53,088 nt of DNA from an archaeon. Lineage in GTDB: Archaea; B1Sed10-29; WALL01; JAGHAM01. Of the stretch, positions 50,301-53,088 are shown piece by piece (position 1 is the stretch's first letter; the number at the start of each line of letters is the position of its first letter). A model generated the notes under the pieces. The model saw only the letters and a list, made by a program, of their open reading frames with translations. It was not told the origin of the DNA and searched no databases. The stretch is taken from assembly GCA_021107635.1 (NCBI GenBank), contig JAIOSL010000007.1, forward strand, positions 102,188 through 155,275. The letters are read 5' to 3'. The translations under genes were made by a program, and so were the position numbers.

Positions 50301-51897
50301 TGTGGGTGGTGTGGGCAAGGTTGGATTGTACTCGTCTATTGCTGTGGATGATAGCAATAACCTTCACATAAGTTACTACGACGACACTAACGAAGACCTC
50401 AAGTATGCTAAATCTCCAGGGTGGTACACAGAGACCATTGATAGCACTGGTGATGTTGGAAAATTCACGTCTATAGCAATGGATACCAACAACTACACGC
50501 ACATAAGCTACTTCGACGAAACTAACGACGACTTGAAGCATGCTTGGTATAATGGTTCTTGGCACACGGAGACTGTGGACAGTGCGGGCGTTGTCGGGTG
50601 GTATCCTTCTATTGCTTTGAATGGTAGTGATGTTCACATAAGCTATGTTAACTATGGTGGAGGTCAGCTTAAGTATGCTTTGTATAATGGTTCTTGGTAT
50701 ACTGAGACCATTGGTAGTATAGGTCCATTCGGGGGAGCGGATTGTTCTATTGCTTTGAATGGTAGTGATATTCATATACTCTACTATTTTTCAGAACCAG
50801 GTGTTACCGAGCTCAAGCACGCTGTGTATAACGGTTCTTGGTTTACGGGGGTTGCTGTTAGCGAGAATATTTCTGGGGGGCAACTATCTCTTGTGGTGAA
50901 TAATGGTACTCTTCATACAGGATTCTATGACGGCGTTAACGGAGATCTCAAGCACGCTTGGTATAACAATTCTTGGTTTACGGAGACTGTGGATGATACA
51001 AATGATGTTGGGAGATACTCATCAATAGCGGTTGACAGCGGCGGCAACTTCCACATAATCTACTATGATAACACCAATGACGACCTGAAGCACGCTGAAT
51101 ACACTCCTGGAAGTCAAGGATGGGTCTTGACAACAGTAGACAGCACTGGCAATGTGGGGTCTTACTCGTCCATAGCAATTGATGGCAGTGACCATCCCCA
51201 CATAAGCTACCGTGATGTCAGTAACACCGCCCTGAAGTATGTATGGTACAATGGCACTGCCTGGACAGCTGAGACTGTGGACAACACAGGAAACACCGGA
51301 GCATTTTCTTCGATTGCAATAGATAGCAATGATGATATCCACATAATCTACCAGAGCGATACAGATGACCTAAAGTACGCTGAATATAATGGTTCTGCTT
51401 GGTCTACAGAACTAGTGACCACTGCACCTTGGGGTCTCTGGCACAACTCACTCACAATCGACAACAATGATAACCCCCAAATAATCTACTATGCCACCAT
51501 CAATGGCTCGTACGTAGTGCTCAGGCACGCTGAACACGACGGTTCATGGAACATGGAAAACGTCGACCTCAGCACGAGTGACATCGGAAAATACAACTCA
51601 ATAACAGTAGACAACAATCACCTACACGTAAGCTACTATGACAATACCAACGATGACTTGAAACACGCAGAGTACACCCCTCAAACAGAGACTACTACCC
51701 TAACCTACACAGTTAATAATGCGAACGGCCTGGAGTGGATGGCTTTGAAAGAGGATAGTGTGACTGTCGCTAACAGCAGCGTGTCAGGCTGCGATACTTT
51801 CTATACCAGTCGGTACTCTGACTACAATGCATCCAAAACCTATGCTGTCTGGTATAAAGACTGTGAAAATAACATTGATAGCAAAATCTATTCATAA
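47356..51897 (+). CDS. Giant class III signal peptide surface protein with 28 beta-propeller-like repeats
   Basis: MDKG/ISAIVSTVLL; 28 x about 46-aa W.TETVDS.G.VG..SI......HISY......LKHA.Y repeats. Confidence 0.88.
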   Translation: MDKGISAIVSTVLLMALAVSVTLGLFYWANSLAAPGPESSKPATIAFKAISPEDGRFLVTNTGLQSITLSELNTSETGVTCDFNGTVTITAGDSKVCYMAPKSGEFVSIFGTDDNGQGITPFTITLGHGEVPEASFFITFSVEGSDSWTTETVDSTGNVGEYTSIATNSSGDLHISYYDSTAGDLKHAEYSGSSWSTEAVDSTGVVGLYTSITTNSSDDLHISYYDSTNGDLKHAEYNPSWDMETLDSVGMVGSYTSIARDSNGYVHISYDDASNYDLKHAWYDGSWHTETVDSEGEVGIYTSITIGSNDNIHISYEDYDNDDLKYAEYNGTAWTTEIVDSTGTVGCYSSITTNSSGNPHISYYDTSSGDLKHAWNDGSWHTEAIDTENVGRFTSITTDNNDHLHISYYSGANHDLKHAWYDTSWHTETIDSTGDVGLFTSITTLNDEIHISYVDDTNRYLKHAWYDGSWHTETVDSTGDIRWYTSITTLNDEIHISYSDDTNDDLKHAEYNGTDWTIETVDSTGDVGMYSSITTDSEGNIQISYHDGTNYDLRYAEYTTWSTETIDSTGDVGLHTSIATDSDNRLHISYQDSTNANLKHAEYTSINGDWTNEVVDAAGDVGKYSSVFIDGDTIHISYFDDTNNDLKYSKYDGSWYNETVDSTGTVGEGSSITVDNDSHVHISYYDNTNADLKHAEYSPSWLTETIDSNGNIGRYASIALDGSNNPHISYYNNTDSTLKHAWYNGSWHTETVDSAGLVGDSSSIAVDDNDHLHVSYRDLSNNDLKYAKYNGSWHTETVDSADAVGLHTSIAIDGDNYTHISYYDSTNGDLKHAWYNGSWHTETVDSAGVVGEYTSIAVDDSDHLHISYYNRTNTALKHAWYNGSWHTETVDSVGIIGNYGSSIAVDDSGHLHISYLNDIDDDLKHAWYNGSWHTETVDSADNVGAYSSIVVDGSNNLHISYYDSTNGDLKHAWYNGSWHTETVGGVGKVGLYSSIAVDDSNNLHISYYDDTNEDLKYAKSPGWYTETIDSTGDVGKFTSIAMDTNNYTHISYFDETNDDLKHAWYNGSWHTETVDSAGVVGWYPSIALNGSDVHISYVNYGGGQLKYALYNGSWYTETIGSIGPFGGADCSIALNGSDIHILYYFSEPGVTELKHAVYNGSWFTGVAVSENISGGQLSLVVNNGTLHTGFYDGVNGDLKHAWYNNSWFTETVDDTNDVGRYSSIAVDSGGNFHIIYYDNTNDDLKHAEYTPGSQGWVLTTVDSTGNVGSYSSIAIDGSDHPHISYRDVSNTALKYVWYNGTAWTAETVDNTGNTGAFSSIAIDSNDDIHIIYQSDTDDLKYAEYNGSAWSTELVTTAPWGLWHNSLTIDNNDNPQIIYYATINGSYVVLRHAEHDGSWNMENVDLSTSDIGKYNSITVDNNHLHVSYYDNTNDDLKHAEYTPQTETTTLTYTVNNANGLEWMALKEDSVTVANSSVSGCDTFYTSRYSDYNASKTYAVWYKDCENNIDSKIYS
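47791..51681 (+). repeat. Intragenic tandem repeat array, unit mostly about 135-141 bp, 28 copies
   Basis: Counted from the HISY-type motif; exact 29-mer CATGCTTGGTATAATGGTTCTTGGCACAC at 49849, 49987, 50128, 50266 and 50539. Confidence 0.9.
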
Positions 51898-51968
51898 ACA
51901 CTAGAAAGCTATTTATAACCCATTAGTTACAATAACTGCCGTCCTACCATATTCTGGGGTGATTTTTC

Positions 51969-53087
51969 TTGAAAAAATTGGTTAAAAAAGCCGCTAAAAG
52001 AGCACGCGAAAAAACAGATAACAAGCCATCAAAATCAAAAATGACAGACAAAGAACTAGAAGAAATTCTAGTCGAAACTAGAGCAAAAATCCGAGTAATC
52101 GGAACAGGAGGCTCAGGCAATAACACGATGGTCAGACTAAACGAAATCGGCGTGCAAGGTGCAGAAATACTTGCAATGAATACAGATGCACAACACCTAT
52201 TAGTCACACCAGCAGACAAGAAACTATTACTAGGAAGAGACGTAACCAAAGGACTAGGAGCAGGATCAGACCCTGCGCTAGGAGAAGCAGCAACCAAAGA
52301 AAGCGCAAAAGACATTGCCAAAATGATAGAAGGTAGTGACCTAATTTTTGTTACTTGTGGTCTAGGAGGAGGAACTGGAACCGGTTCGTCACCTGTTCTA
52401 GCACAACAAGCCAGAGACCTAGGAGCACTCACAGTAGCGATAGTAACCCTTCCATTCAGCGTTGAAGGACACCGAAGAATGGAAAATGCTCTGGATGGAC
52501 TCAAAAAACTCAGAAAAGAAGCGGACACCGTAATAGTCGTACCAAACGACAAACTACTTGAGATTGTCCCGGATTTACCTATTAACGCAGCATTCAAAGT
52601 AGCAGATGAAATACTAGTCAATGCAGTCAAAGGCATCACAGAACTAATCACAAAACCCGGACTAGTCAACCTAGACTTTGCCGATGTTAGAGCAGTACTC
52701 TCAAACGGAGGCGCAGCAATGATCGGCCTAGGTGAATCAGAACTTGAAGGCGATTCAGAAGGAAGAGCTTTAGAAGCAGTAGAAGACGCATTGAATTCCC
52801 CTCTACTAGACATTGATGTTTCAGAAGCCACTCGCGCGTTAGTGAACGTTTCAGGTGGCTCAGACATGACACTCAGAGAAGCAGAAATGATTGTCGAAGC
52901 AGTAACAAGCAAAATACACTCCAACGCAAACGTAATCTGGGGAGCAGTAATCGATGAAGAAATGAAACGCAACAAACTTCAAGCAATGATAGTCATCGCA
53001 GGCGGAAGATTCCCATACCTTGATGGAAGCCAAAGAAACGAAGAAGATGGACTTGAAGTGGATTTAGGTGTCGACTACGTTGAGTGA
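51969..53087 (+). CDS. ftsZ: Cell division protein FtsZ
   Basis: GTGGSGNN, NTDAQHL, GLGGGTGTG, PF..EG, NLDFAD; TTG start with GGGGTGA SD. Confidence 0.97.
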   Translation: MKKLVKKAAKRAREKTDNKPSKSKMTDKELEEILVETRAKIRVIGTGGSGNNTMVRLNEIGVQGAEILAMNTDAQHLLVTPADKKLLLGRDVTKGLGAGSDPALGEAATKESAKDIAKMIEGSDLIFVTCGLGGGTGTGSSPVLAQQARDLGALTVAIVTLPFSVEGHRRMENALDGLKKLRKEADTVIVVPNDKLLEIVPDLPINAAFKVADEILVNAVKGITELITKPGLVNLDFADVRAVLSNGGAAMIGLGESELEGDSEGRALEAVEDALNSPLLDIDVSEATRALVNVSGGSDMTLREAEMIVEAVTSKIHSNANVIWGAVIDEEMKRNKLQAMIVIAGGRFPYLDGSQRNEEDGLEVDLGVDYVE

Positions 53088-53088
53088 A

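Noticed and set aside
49840-50570. Regularly spaced 29-nt repeats as a CRISPR array
   Set aside because: They are in-frame within a protein repeat, the period is 138-141 bp, the 'spacers' are homologous to each other, and there are no cas genes.
45376-51681. Diversity-generating retroelement (TR/VR pair)
   Set aside because: No reverse transcriptase in the window, the mismatches are not adenine-specific (G/C, C/T), and both copies are coding.
51944-52975. 343-aa antisense ORF over ftsZ, and similar ORFs over argF, hppA, gatE and the propeller gene
   Set aside because: Shadow frames of strongly supported genes; no motifs or start signals.

Overview
A gene-dense (about 48 CDS) archaeal chromosomal segment with TATA/BRE promoters, GGTGA-type SD sites, GatDE, aRF1, PCNA and FtsZ. 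The S-layer leader, compact layout and unfused PriL/PriS suggest a DPANN-type archaeon (Micrarchaeota/Diapherotrites/Altiarchaeota-like); this is inference. In order it holds: a membrane protein plus folC; an oxygen-defence block (dfx, PAS, rubrerythrin-like, Mrp); argF-pcna-tdh-kbl with Lrp, YbjQ and SatP; a riboflavin kinase/regulator plus ECF transporter; Nudix, KaiC-like, radical SAM and MscS; archease-rtcB-sppA; the priL-priS-GINS-L44e-S27e-aIF2a-nop10-PAC2-EndoQ cluster; hisS; surface genes including the S-layer; truD, aRF1, pyrH, PPAT, gatD, a frameshifted kinase, gatE and hppA; two paralogous giant class-III (pilin-like) surface proteins; and ftsZ. Most notable: (1) the two pilin-like proteins share a promoter, an N-terminal domain and a C-terminal domain but carry completely different cargo, nested DUF2341 domains in one and 28 propeller blades in blocks of 2/7/3/7/5/4 in the other; (2) a secreted beta-rich protein with a structured leader, paired with a membrane-anchored 12-residue-repeat protein; (3) A/C versus G/T strand skew that flips several times regardless of gene orientation; (4) a -1 frameshifted kinase between gatD and gatE. 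I saw no tRNA, rRNA, CRISPR array, transposase or reverse transcriptase. All calls come from motif reading by eye; no database was searched.
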